DNA from: Roseibacillus sp.
Lineage (GTDB): Bacteria > Verrucomicrobiota > Verrucomicrobiia > Verrucomicrobiales > Akkermansiaceae
Length of the DNA stretch: 64,000 nt
Reading direction: 5' to 3'
Assembly (NCBI GenBank): GCA_965242925.1
Contig: CBDEUM010000033.1
Location: forward strand, 18,947 to 82,946
Of the stretch, positions 9,991-20,911 are shown one piece after another. The position numbers were made by a program, and so were the translations under genes. Under the pieces are notes generated by a model. The model had not been told where the DNA came from. It worked only from the letters and a program-made list of their open reading frames with translations, and ran no database searches. The stretch's first letter is position 1, and every line of letters starts with the position of its first letter.

Positions 9991-10202
9991 CCGGGATGAG
10001 CGGACGGTCCCCGATTCCACAGTCCCGATCAAGACGGAACTCACGATTGTGGAAAACACGGCCCTGCAAAGCGATTCCCGTCTCTGCCTCCCGGCGCGCA
10101 GCTTGCCCAATATTCTCAGCAATTCAGCCCAAATCCGCTCCCCACGCACCGGAAGATGCGATAGCCTCCAAAAACTTCGCACCTTAGAATCCCGTCAATG
10201 GC

Positions 10203-13200
10203 ATGAATTCGCGAATTCGATCCCTCCTGCTCCTGCTAAGCCTGAACGCTCTTCATGGTCAGGCCATGGGCGCCGCGATCGATTTCAATCACGACATCCG
10301 ACCCATCCTCTCAAACAACTGCCTTGCCTGCCATGGGCCGGACGAAAAGGAGCGAAAAGCCAAGCTGCGACTCGACACCCGCGACGGGGCGACTGCCGAC
10401 AACGATGGCATCCGGGCAGTCGTCGCGGGAAACATCGACGCCAGCGAACTCATCTACCGTATCACCACCGATGACCCTGATGAGTTGATGCCTCCGCCAA
10501 AGCACGGCAAACACTTAACTGCCGGGCAGGTCTCCATCTTCAAGCAATGGATTAAAGAAGGGGCGAACTATGAAACGCACTGGTCATATGTAAAGCCCTC
10601 ACGCCCCGCAGTGCCAACCCTTGCTAACGGAAAAGTAAAAGACGGCAATGCCATTGATGCTTTTCTCGAAATCCAGCGCAACCGGAAAGGCCTCAGTGCG
10701 TCCCCGGAAGCCGATAAGCATACCCTGGTCCGCAGGCTCTCGCTCGACCTCACCGGGTTACCGCCGACAATTGAAGAGGTTGACACCTTCATTGCCGATA
10801 ACAGCCCGGACTCCTACCCTGAACTTGTCGACCGACTGCTGGCAAAGCCCGCCTTCGGCGAGCACTGGGCGCGCATGTGGCTTGACCTGGCGAGATATGC
10901 GGACTCCTCAGGCTACGCTGACGACCCGGCACGCACCATCTGGGCCTATCGCGACTATGTGATAAGCTCCTTCAATCAAAACAAACCTTTTAATCAGTTC
11001 ACCATTGAACAAATAGCTGGAGATCTTCTGGAAAAACCAACCAATGCTCAACTGGTGGCAACCGCCTTTCACCGCAATACTCAAACCAATAACGAAGGTG
11101 GTACAAATGACGAGGAATACCGCAACGTCGCGATCGTCGACCGTGTCAACACCACCATGGCCACCTGGATGGGGACCACCATGGCCTGTGCGCAGTGCCA
11201 CACCCATAAATACGACCCTATTTCGCAGGAGGAGTATTTCAGGATGTTCGCCATCCTCAACCAGACCCAGGACGCTGACCGTCGTGATGAAAGCCCCACT
11301 ATCCCGGTCTTGAGCGGCGCACAAAAACAGCAACAGGAGGAAATCGAGACACAAATCGCCGAACTTGAACAACTGCTCGTTATTCCAGACGCGCAAAACC
11401 TTGAAGCCCTGGCAAAATGGGAAGCGGGACTGGTTGGCGAAAAAAAACAATGGATACCTCTCGGAGAAATAACGGCACGGGCCGAGTCCGGAGCAACCTT
11501 CACGCGCCTGGATGACGGTTCCTATCTGGTGGGCGGCAAGTCGGCACCAACGGACACCTACACCATTGAGAGTGTCGCAAAAAACACGGCAATCACCGCC
11601 GTCCGGCTCGATGTCTTGAGCCATGAGAGCCTCAGTCCCGGGAAGGGTCCCGGCCGGAAGAAGGGCAACTTTGTGCTCAATGAGATCGAACTGGTTAGCG
11701 CGGCGGATTCACCATCCAAGCGTGGCCGCTTTGTGCGCATCGACCTGCCCGGCAAAGGCAAGATCCTTAACATCGCCGAGGTGCAGGTTTTCAGCGGCAC
11801 CAAGAATGTGGCGCTGAAGGGCACGGCAAGCCAGGCGGGCACTTATGCTGACGCGGTGGCCGGGCGGGCAATTGACGGCAACACCAACGGAAAATACCAG
11901 GCGGGAAGCGTTGCACACACCGCCCTCGACAGGGAAAACCTGTTCTGGGAAGTCGATCTCGGTGAACAGCACGACATTTCACGCATCGTGGTCTGGAACC
12001 GCACCGATGCCGGAGTTGGCCCAAGGCTTGATGGCTTCAGGCTCTCTCTGCTCGACGACAAGCGCGGGACAGTCTGGAGCGAGACCTACGAGAAAGCGCC
12101 GCAGCGTGAAAAGGAAACATCCCTTGACGGCGGACAGCGGGCAGTGTTCTCCCATGCCACTTCAAGTTTCGACCAGGAGAAGTTCGGTGTTGCCCTGGCA
12201 GTCGATGGAAATGCCGACGAACATTCCGGCTGGGCAGTCGGCTCACAAGTGGGAAAGGATCACCACGCTGTCTTCGAGCTGGCGAGCCCGTTGCCCGGGG
12301 GCAAACTGCAATTCATCCTCAGGCAAACCTACGGCGAGCACGCCATCGGCCGCTTCAGGATATCAGTCAGCAGCTCTCCTCAAGCGCACCGAGCCCTGCC
12401 TCACAAACTCGCTGAAATCATCGCAGTCCCTGTCAAAAAACGCAGTGAGATACAAGCTGCCGAATTACTCCACCATTTTTCCGCGCTTAATCCCCAGACC
12501 GTCAAGACCAGTGCGGAGCTCACAAAGCTCAGGAAACAACTCGCCGACCTCAAGCCCGCCACCACCGTTCCCGTCATGCGCGAGCTCGCCGCAGGCAAGG
12601 AACGGAAAACCAACATCCAGATGCGCGGCAACTATCTGGACAAGGGGAAAGAGGTAAGTCCCGGCTTGCCTGCCGTATTCCATCCGCCAGAGGACACCAG
12701 GAAAATGGACCGGCTGACCCTGGCCAAATGGTTGACCGATGAGGACAACCCGCTAACCGCGCGCGTGATGGCCAACCGCCTCTGGGAGATGATTTTCGGC
12801 ATCGGCATCGTGCCCACCAGCGAAGAGTTCGGCTCACAGGGAGAGTTGCCCACCCACCCTCAGCTGCTCGACTGGCTGGCAGTTGAGTTCATGGAAAGCG
12901 GATGGGACATGAAGGCCTTCCTCAAACTGCTGGTCACGTCTGCCGCCTACCGCCAGGACTCGAGGATCAACGGGAATTCCATTGAAACCGATCCCGACAA
13001 CCGCCTGCTTGCCCGCGGACCGCGTTTCCGGCTCTCCGCAGAAATGATACGTGACCAGGCGCTGGCTGTTTCCGGCCTGTTAAGCCCGAAAATGTTTGGA
13101 GCACCGGTGCGCCCTCCTCAACCAACCCTCGGCATCAATGCCGCCTTTGGCGGTGGCATCGACTGGACAACCTCAACAAGGCGAGGACAAATACCGTCGT

Positions 13201-13656
13201 GGAATTTACACCACTTGGCGACGATCCAACCCTTATCCCTCGATGGCCACCTTCGATGCGCCTAACCGTGAAACCTGCACCGTCAGTCGCAGCCGGACCA
13301 ACACCCCGTTGCAGGCACTGGTGACCCTTAACGACCCGGTCTACATTGAGGCCGCACAGACGCTCGGCCGCCGCATGCATGCAGCAGCGATTTCAGCGAA
13401 AAGCGCAACTTCAGGTATCGGGCAGGGCTTCAGGCTTTGCCTCTCGCGTCCTGCCAGCGAGTCAGAACTGAAACGACTCGTGAAACTTTTTAACAATGCC
13501 CACTCCCACTACAAGCAGAACCCGGCAGCGGCAACCATGATGGCCACCCAGCCAATCGGAGCCGCCCCCGCAGATGCCGACCATGCCCAACTTGCGGCAC
13601 TTGCGGTGGTGGGTAATGTTTTGCTTAATCTTGATGAGTTCTTAATGAAGCGATGA
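10203..13656 (+). CDS. Planctomycete cytochrome c + DUF1549 + DUF1553 protein with nested carbohydrate-binding domains (one +1 frameshift near 13178)
   Basis: CLACH and CAQCH heme motifs, GEHWARMWLDLARYADS, HPQLLDWLA. The C-terminus (YRRGIY...TNTPLQAL.TLND) continues in the +1 frame. Confidence 0.9.
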
Positions 13657-15101
13657 ACCTCTACCAGCAACACCTCCAACACCAGACGCGCCGCCATTTC
13701 CTGACAGGTAGCGGCATCAGCCTGGGCAGCATCGCCCTCGGACAAATGCTTGGAGGAACCGCCGTCGCCGCTCAAGCTCCTGTCAACCCGCTCTCACCGA
13801 AAAAGTCACACTTCCAAGGCAACGCGAAGCGGGTCATCTATATCCACCTCACCGGTTCGCCCCCACACCTCGACCTGTGGGACTACAAGCCGGAATTGGT
13901 CAAGCGCAACAATGAGGACTGCCCGGACGAGTTCTACAAGGGCAAGCGCTTTGCCTTCACCAGCGGCCGGCCGAAACTGATGGGAACGCCCCGTACGTTC
14001 AAGCAGTTCGGCAAGGGCGGGACATGGATGTCAGACGCTATTCCCAATTTCCACGGACTGGCAGATGACCTGTGTGTCATCAAGTCGATGACGACCGAGC
14101 AGTTCAACCACGCACCGGCGGAACTCTTCGTGCACACCGGCTCGCCGAGGCCAGGCAGGCCCTCCTTTGGATCCTGGGTCACCTATGGTCTCGGCACTGA
14201 GAATGAGAACCTGCCTGGCTACGTGGTCCTGATCTCCAGCGGCGTGCAGCCCAACGGCGGCAAGAACTCCTTCGGCGCCGGCTTTATTCCCTCCGTCTAC
14301 CAGGGTGTGCAATGCCGCTCAAAAGGCGATCCCGTGCTGTATTTGTCCGACCCGAAAGGCATGGACCGCAACATGCGCCGCAGTTCCCTGGACGCGCTCC
14401 GGGACCTGAATGAGCGGGCGGCAAAGGACTTCGGCCACCCGGAGACCCTGACCCGCATCGCCCAGTATGAACTCGCCTTCCGGATGCAGATGGCAGTTCC
14501 CGAGGTGATGGACATCTCCAAGGAAAACGCGAAAACCCTCGAGGCCTACGGCGCCAAGCCGGGCGGGGCCAGCCTCGCCAACAACTGCCTGCTGGCACGA
14601 CGACTGACTGAAAAGGGCGTGCGCTTTGTGCAACTCTTCGACTGGGGCTGGGACTTTCATGGCACCAATCCCAAGGAGGACATCCGCGGCGGACTGACCA
14701 ATAAATGCGCGACCATGGACAAGCCGATAGCAGCACTGATTCGTGACTTGAAAGAGCGGGGCCTGTTCGACGAGACCCTGATCGTCATCGGCGGGGAGTT
14801 TGGGCGCACCCCTTTCCGCGAAGGGCGCACCTCGAAGGGCAAAGTCCTCGGTCGTGACCACTTTCCCAACGCCTACAGCATGGTGATCGCCGGCGGCGGC
14901 GTGCGGGGAGGCTACTCCCACGGTGAGACCGACGAACTCGGTTTCTCGGTAGCACGCGACAAAGTGCATGTCCATGACCTGCAGGCAACCTGGATGCACC
15001 TGCTTGGCTTTGACCACGAAAAGCTCAGTTATCGCTTCCAGGGGCGTGATTACCGGCTTACCGATGTTCACGGCAAGGTGGTCAAGGGAATCCTCGCATG
15101 A
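13653..15101 (+). CDS. DUF1501 family protein with Tat-like signal
   Basis: TRRHFL, LLARRL.E.GVRFVQ, WDFH, GEFGRTP, GRDH. ATGA overlap with the upstream gene. Confidence 0.92.
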   Translation: MNLYQQHLQHQTRRHFLTGSGISLGSIALGQMLGGTAVAAQAPVNPLSPKKSHFQGNAKRVIYIHLTGSPPHLDLWDYKPELVKRNNEDCPDEFYKGKRFAFTSGRPKLMGTPRTFKQFGKGGTWMSDAIPNFHGLADDLCVIKSMTTEQFNHAPAELFVHTGSPRPGRPSFGSWVTYGLGTENENLPGYVVLISSGVQPNGGKNSFGAGFIPSVYQGVQCRSKGDPVLYLSDPKGMDRNMRRSSLDALRDLNERAAKDFGHPETLTRIAQYELAFRMQMAVPEVMDISKENAKTLEAYGAKPGGASLANNCLLARRLTEKGVRFVQLFDWGWDFHGTNPKEDIRGGLTNKCATMDKPIAALIRDLKERGLFDETLIVIGGEFGRTPFREGRTSKGKVLGRDHFPNAYSMVIAGGGVRGGYSHGETDELGFSVARDKVHVHDLQATWMHLLGFDHEKLSYRFQGRDYRLTDVHGKVVKGILA

Positions 15102-15140
15102 GGAATCCCTTCTTCACTCCTGAATGAACCCGCCTTTCTG

Positions 15141-16556
15141 ATGTCTGACCGGACCGCCTTGGAATCCCTGGCGGAATCTACATGGCGAACGCTCTCAGCC
15201 GTCGCCCCGGCCCTCCCCCGGAGCGAAGCTCTTACCGGGGAAATCAGTGATGCCATGGCCGCACAGGAGCGCGGCTACTACCTGCCGGATGAAGACGAAC
15301 GCCTTAGGAATGTCTACACCCGCTACCTCGCATTACACACAACCCTCTGGGAGACCGTGCTGACCCTGCGTCCCCTGCTTGATGAGCGCCGCAATCCCGA
15401 CTGGCACTTGAGATTGCGGATCTTCGGACTCGCCTTCTGCGCGACTGCCATGCTTATGAGGAGTGCCGGTTTCATAATCGCCCTTGCCAGGGATCGCCCG
15501 GTAGTCTGGAAAAAACTCGATGAGGCCGAGCCTCGCTTTGACCTGGAAGAGAAGAGTTTCACAGGCATCTATCGTAGTTTTTCTTCAGCCCGCTGGATGT
15601 GGCGCTATCATGAGGCTTGGCGCTTTTATGACACCCATCGGCTGGAGATCTTCCAGGCGCTGAAGGGATCGGGGATGAAACTCGTCGCGGAATGGCTCCA
15701 CGCCGAGGAACCATTCTTCGAAAAAAGCCGGAGCGAATTCATCAAGCGGAAGATCGGCTACCGCCTCCACTCCTTCAAGCTTCGCCAGGTATCTGGCTAC
15801 AAGCGTGTCATGTTTCACCTCTTCCGCCTGAGCGGCAGCGCTATTGCCGACATGAAGCAACCCTTTAGCAGGCGAGGACATGAAGAGCCCCGGGTTCACC
15901 CGGGCCTTCGTGCATCCGCAGAGGAAAAACTCCGGCCTGGAGACGTCATCGTATCACGCCATGATGATGCGATGAGCAACCTGTTCCTGCCAGGTTTCTG
16001 GCCTCATGCCTCGCTCTACATCGGCAATTCCGGGGAACGAGCAGAACTGGATCTGCCACAGATTCATCGCCAGGAGGCGAATGTCCTGGAGGCCAAGAAG
16101 GACGGGGTCCTCTTCCGTCATCTAAGCGAGACCCTCAGCGTTGATGCCTTCGTCGTCCTGAGACCCCGCATCGAGGCTCACTTCGTGGCAGAGGCCCTGA
16201 CCCGCGCCATCAGCCATGAAGGCAAGTTCTACGATTTCGTCTTTGATTTCCGTAAGGCAGACAAGCTGGTCTGCTCCGAGGTGGTCTACAGGGCCTATCA
16301 CGGCGTGGGCCCGATTTCCTTCGAACTGGTCCGGCGCTCCGGCAGGCTCGTGCTCTCAGCGGAGGATCTCATCCGCCAGGCCCTGGCATCAGGATTTTTC
16401 GAGATCGTTCTCTGCTGCGGGCTTGGGGATAATCTGATGGTCCTGGGGAGGGCCGCTGAGAAGAAACTCCTCGCTACGCTGGGCAGCGATGATACAGGGG
16501 CATCACGACCCCGGGAAGTCCCCGCGGGCCACATCCAAGGCGACCGGATATCCTAA
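15141..16556 (+). CDS. YiiX/YebB-like permuted papain (NlpC/P60) hydrolase with helical N-terminal extension
   Basis: LRPGDVI, PGFWPHASLY, GKFYDF.FDF, LVCSEVV. Confidence 0.8.
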   Translation: MSDRTALESLAESTWRTLSAVAPALPRSEALTGEISDAMAAQERGYYLPDEDERLRNVYTRYLALHTTLWETVLTLRPLLDERRNPDWHLRLRIFGLAFCATAMLMRSAGFIIALARDRPVVWKKLDEAEPRFDLEEKSFTGIYRSFSSARWMWRYHEAWRFYDTHRLEIFQALKGSGMKLVAEWLHAEEPFFEKSRSEFIKRKIGYRLHSFKLRQVSGYKRVMFHLFRLSGSAIADMKQPFSRRGHEEPRVHPGLRASAEEKLRPGDVIVSRHDDAMSNLFLPGFWPHASLYIGNSGERAELDLPQIHRQEANVLEAKKDGVLFRHLSETLSVDAFVVLRPRIEAHFVAEALTRAISHEGKFYDFVFDFRKADKLVCSEVVYRAYHGVGPISFELVRRSGRLVLSAEDLIRQALASGFFEIVLCCGLGDNLMVLGRAAEKKLLATLGSDDTGASRPREVPAGHIQGDRIS

Positions 16557-17554
16557 CAACAGCACCAGAAGTCCACCCCCTCGGCGTAGCCTTCACCCTC
16601 TGCAAGTTCCCGCACGCGTGTCCGGCCTCCCTCCACCCCTACCGCACTGAGAAGGACCGCATCCCGCCAACGCTCGCCGAACTCCCCGGGCCCTGCCACC
16701 GGCACCCCTCCAATTTCTTCTCCCACCCGGCGCGGGTTCACCTCGAAGAATCCGTGCACCACAACGCCTTCCTCCTTTAACAGGCGCGCCAAGCGCTTCC
16801 CAATGGGACCGGCCCCGCAGATTGCCACCCCCCACGAAGACACCTTTGGCTGACGCGCCAGATGATGCGCCTTCATCCTCCAGACCTGTTCCTCGCTGTA
16901 GGCGGGATGAGTCCTGGTCAACCGGTCCGCACTATCCCTCCAGGAAAGCACGGTCTCATCCACTTTACCGATCTGCATCCCTCTTTCGAGCATGCGCAGA
17001 AACAGATCGTGATCCTCGGCCCATTCCACCTCCCGGTAGCCCCTGATCTCATGGAAGGAAGATCTCCTCATCATCAGGGACGGCTGAATCACCGGGCACT
17101 CCACGAATCTCTCCCGGGCAATATCCTCCGCCGTCTCCAATCCATTCACCCAGTCGACATAGCGTTGCATCCCGTCCCCGAGGGGATTCAATAAATGCAC
17201 CTGACCGCTCACCGCTGAAACAACGGATGACTCCGAAAGGAAGCGGTGCTGCGAAGAAAGTCGCTCCGGGTGAGAAATGTCATCCGCGTCCATGCGGGCA
17301 ATGAAGTCCGTCCTGGAGGCCCGGATCGCCTCCGTTGCTGCCGGTGCGACCCCCTGGCGCTCCATCTCGAAGACCCGGATCCGGGGATCATTGTAGCTCC
17401 GCACGATCTCCCCCGAACGGTCCGCACAGCCATCGAGAACCACGATCAACTCGAATGAACCCATGCTCTGCCGGAGGCAACTCTCAATCGCCTCCGCGAT
17501 GGTCTCCTCGGCGTTGAAGACCGGGAGCACGATGGAAACCAGGGGGTCACTCAT
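16553..17554 (-). CDS. Glycosyltransferase family 2 with C-terminal Rossmann-like domain
   Basis: VSIVLPVFN, ARMDADD, EDHDL, then ICGAGPIG. Confidence 0.9.
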   Translation of the reverse strand: MSDPLVSIVLPVFNAEETIAEAIESCLRQSMGSFELIVVLDGCADRSGEIVRSYNDPRIRVFEMERQGVAPAATEAIRASRTDFIARMDADDISHPERLSSQHRFLSESSVVSAVSGQVHLLNPLGDGMQRYVDWVNGLETAEDIARERFVECPVIQPSLMMRRSSFHEIRGYREVEWAEDHDLFLRMLERGMQIGKVDETVLSWRDSADRLTRTHPAYSEEQVWRMKAHHLARQPKVSSWGVAICGAGPIGKRLARLLKEEGVVVHGFFEVNPRRVGEEIGGVPVAGPGEFGERWRDAVLLSAVGVEGGRTRVRELAEGEGYAEGVDFWCCC

Positions 17555-17739
17555 CCTGAAAGGAAATCATCCAATCCACGAGCCAGCATTCCGCCTCCTT
17601 CGTCCACCGCGATGATCATGGGCCGACAGCAGATCTCACAGTCATAGTCCAGTTCCACCGGACACTCGGCGCCAGGAGGAACCGCTACCGAAAACACCTC
17701 GAAGCAACTCGGACACTGCACTTCCGCGATCCCGCTCAT
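17551..17739 (-). CDS. CPXCG-motif cysteine-rich protein
   Basis: CPSC...YDCEICCRP. Its stop overlaps the GT2 start. Confidence 0.85.
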   Translation of the reverse strand: MSGIAEVQCPSCFEVFSVAVPPGAECPVELDYDCEICCRPMIIAVDEGGGMLARGLDDFLSG

Positions 17740-17740
17740 T

Positions 17741-19031
17741 TCACCGTTCCACCCGCAGGCGCACGGATTCACCGTGTGCATCCAGTCCTTCCATGCGGGC
17801 AAATTCCTGCACCACCGGAAGCGACTTCTTCACCGAGGCGATGTCCATCTTCACGATACTGGTCCGCCGTTGGAACTGGTCCGCCCGCAGGCCCGAGAAC
17901 GACTTCCCGGCCCCACCGGTGGGCAGGGTGTGACTGGGCCCGGCCAGGAAATCCCCTACCGCGATGGCGGATGCATTGCCGAGATAGATCGCCCCCGCCG
18001 TCCTGATCTGCGCCAGGCGCCGGCGTTCGTCCCTGACCACCAGCGAAAGGTGCTCGGGAGCGAACTGGTTGCAGATCCTGACTGCCTCATCCATGGAGGG
18101 AACCAGCAGGGCAAATCCCCCCTTCTTCAACGATTCCTCGATGTAATTCGACCGCGAAAGGAGCTGTAGCTGCCGATCAATTTCCTTCTCAACCCGCTTG
18201 AGCAGACGCGATGAATTCGTCACAAAGCCTGCCACGCTGTCGCCGCCGTGTTCGGCCTGCGCCAGCAGGTCGGCAGCAATGCAGACCGGATCGCCACTCG
18301 TGTCACTCACCACCAGGACCTCACTCGGTCCCGGGAGCAGATCGATCGAGACCGCTCCCACCAGTTGCCGCTTGGCCTCCACCACGAAGGCATTGCCCGG
18401 TCCGAAGATCTTGTCCACCCGCTCCCACACTTTTCGTTCCCAGCGCAAGGGCTGCCACCGCCTGCGCCCCGCCCACCTTGAGCACCTCAGTGGCTCCCGC
18501 CTGCTTCAGGGCATAAAGCAATTCCGCGTTGACCTTGCCAGTCGATCCCACCGGAGTGGCCGCCACGATCTCAGGAACCTTGGCCGCCTGGGCAAAGGCT
18601 CCCGTCATGAGCGCGGTGGAGACCAGGGGAGCCTTGCCCCCCGGCACGTAGATCCCCACCCGGTCAAAGGGAACGAAGCGCTCCCCCACCACCGCTCCTT
18701 CCGCGTTCTTTCGCTTCCAGTCCTTGCGCATACTCTCCTTCGCAAAGGCATGAATATTGCGACGGGAGGCCCGGATCGCCCGCTTGGTGGAAGGTCGCAC
18801 AGCGGCCTCCGCTTCTGCGAATTCCTCCTCCGAGACAAAAAGGCTCCCGGCCGTCAGCTTCGCCCGGTCGAACTTCCTGGTCAGCTCGATGAGGGCGCGG
18901 TCTCCCCGCACGCGCACCTCATCCACGATTCCCGCCACCGTCTCCTCCAGTTCCCGGGACGGTTCTGCCCGGCGATCAAGTGACCGCACGAACTTCTGGT
19001 ATCCCCGGTCCTTGTAAGAAATGACGCGCAT
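17741..19031 (-). CDS. hisD: Histidinol dehydrogenase (one +1 frameshift at about 18425)
   Basis: VGIYVPGG and GGAQAVAALA, then DKIFGPGN.FV..AK, GPSE, AQAEH, APEHL, GPSHTLPT. Removing one G in GTGGGAG joins the frames. Confidence 0.95.
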
Positions 19032-19281
19032 GGGGGGTGACTTACCTCGCTACTGTTCCTTTTCAAGCGCCAAGCCGGGAATACGCCCCAGTAGTGACAA
19101 CCAGGGCAGGGACGCGATCCGCCCAAATTAGGAAATAATGAGATCGCGTAGAACTACACACCCCTTATCCTGATCTAAAACCGTCTGAACAGTCCCCTCC
19201 TGGATCAGCAGGAACATTCACCCCACAGGCACGGCAAGACCCGGCAACAGGCATCTATCAGGAAACGAGTGAAAGGGAAGA

Positions 19282-20238
19282 ATGAGTGATCCCCGGTCAT
19301 CAAGGAGGCGAGCGAAGCATCTTCCGCCAGATCTCCAGCACGGCCCTGCTGTCTCGTTTGACCCGTCCAGCTCGTGGAGTTCCGACACCAGCATCTGTCC
19401 GCACTGCTGGGATGTGTTTCATGCCGCGCCGGGCCGTATGCTCATCCAACCGAACCGGTGCAACTCCTGCGGGAAAAACGCGACCAGCTCTGGTATGTGG
19501 ATGATCCTCAGTATTCCCGCGTATTTCATAGTCCTGCTCCTCTTTTACCCCTTCCATTCAGAAGCATTTGAGGACGGGCTGTTAGGACCGCTGGCATTTC
19601 TGGGATTCTTCGCGCTCCTCGGGATGTTGTGGAAGATCGGCATGCTCTCTAAAGAAAGGATGAAACCGAAGGTCATGGCCAGGATCGCTGCCCTGAGGGC
19701 CGAGCGAGCGCAGAGACCTGAGGATGTGGAACTTCTCGGCAAGCTTTTCACCCTCTATCAGTTGGTGGAGGAACATGAGCACGCCCTGACGCTCGCTGAA
19801 CAGGCCTCCCTGCTGGATCCGGACAACGCCAATATCAGGGCCCAGGTTGAAACCTATCGTTCTACCCTCAGGAAAAATGGCTTGATTCCGGTCACGAGCG
19901 ATCCCGCAGATCCACAAGCACCGGAGCCCCCCATCACGCAGGTCTTCTTCTCCCCCGAGGAGAAGGAGGCCATCGCAAGGATTAAAGCCTGGCAGGAAGA
20001 GGTCCTTCCAAGGCGTCAATTTTATGGAATAGTTCTCATACCTGTGGCCGTGATCCTCGGGTTTCTTTCGCATGTAGTCACCTATATCATGGGTATTCAT
20101 TTCCTCTTGGGTTGGATCCCCAGCGTGGCTCTTGCTTTCATAGGCTACAGGAGGTGGACGACGAAGTGGCCGCTGCTGCCGCCCGGGGTGACCCCACCCG
20201 CCGGATACGTCGTTCCCAACGAGAAACACGGGATATAG
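19282..20238 (+). CDS. Hypothetical membrane protein (CxxC-CxxC, 2 TM, TPR-like, 2 TM)
   Basis: CPHC...CNSC, hydrophobic segment pairs, TPR-like A..LDPDN. Confidence 0.6.
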   Translation: MSDPRSSRRRAKHLPPDLQHGPAVSFDPSSSWSSDTSICPHCWDVFHAAPGRMLIQPNRCNSCGKNATSSGMWMILSIPAYFIVLLLFYPFHSEAFEDGLLGPLAFLGFFALLGMLWKIGMLSKERMKPKVMARIAALRAERAQRPEDVELLGKLFTLYQLVEEHEHALTLAEQASLLDPDNANIRAQVETYRSTLRKNGLIPVTSDPADPQAPEPPITQVFFSPEEKEAIARIKAWQEEVLPRRQFYGIVLIPVAVILGFLSHVVTYIMGIHFLLGWIPSVALAFIGYRRWTTKWPLLPPGVTPPAGYVVPNEKHGI

Positions 20239-20308
20239 GGCATCCGCGCACGCGTCAGGAATACGCCGAAGGCCACAGCAGGTAGATTTCCCGGTCGCGT
20301 CGCTCGCT

Positions 20309-20911
20309 TCAATAATACGGTCGCAGCATCAGGTAGACCACCGGACCAGTCACTGCCACATAGAGCCAGACCGGATACACCCGCACCGCGAGAGCCCGGT
20401 GCCTGGCGAACTGATTGGTGTAGCCGTAGACGAAGGTGAGCAGAATGAAGGGGAGGCTCAAGGCCGCCAGGGCTATATGGGATAGCAGAACAACGAGATA
20501 CCCCATCCGCATGGGCCCCGCCTCCGTCCTTTCCGCCTCACTCAGCTCTCCATTCCCGTCAAGGTCCCCGTAGATGGTCTCGGGGGTCGTGAAGTGGTAT
20601 GTCACATAGGAGAGGAGAAAGAGCAGCGAACATCCCATCGCGACATAGATCCACCGCTGGTGCAGGACCACCCTGCCCTTCCTGATACAGAGCAGGGCAA
20701 GGATCAGGGCCACCGCCGCTCCACTATTCAGCAAGGCATGCAACGGGGGAAGAAAGTGCAGGCTCACCCCCTCCGGCAGACCAATCTTGACCTGACGCAT
20801 CAATCCCACGAGGAACAGGACCAGCGCGGTGATGACCCATACCGCGATCTTGAGCTTCCCGGCCAGGGCCATGCTGGCCTCCCGACTGCGGTAGGATTCC
20901 AGTTGACTCAT
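20309..20911 (-). CDS. DUF420 (CtaM-like) membrane protein
   Basis: LPPLHALLN, FLLSYVTYH, LLSHIALA, WLYVAVTG.VVY.ML. Confidence 0.9.
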   Translation of the reverse strand: MSQLESYRSREASMALAGKLKIAVWVITALVLFLVGLMRQVKIGLPEGVSLHFLPPLHALLNSGAAVALILALLCIRKGRVVLHQRWIYVAMGCSLLFLLSYVTYHFTTPETIYGDLDGNGELSEAERTEAGPMRMGYLVVLLSHIALAALSLPFILLTFVYGYTNQFARHRALAVRVYPVWLYVAVTGPVVYLMLRPYY

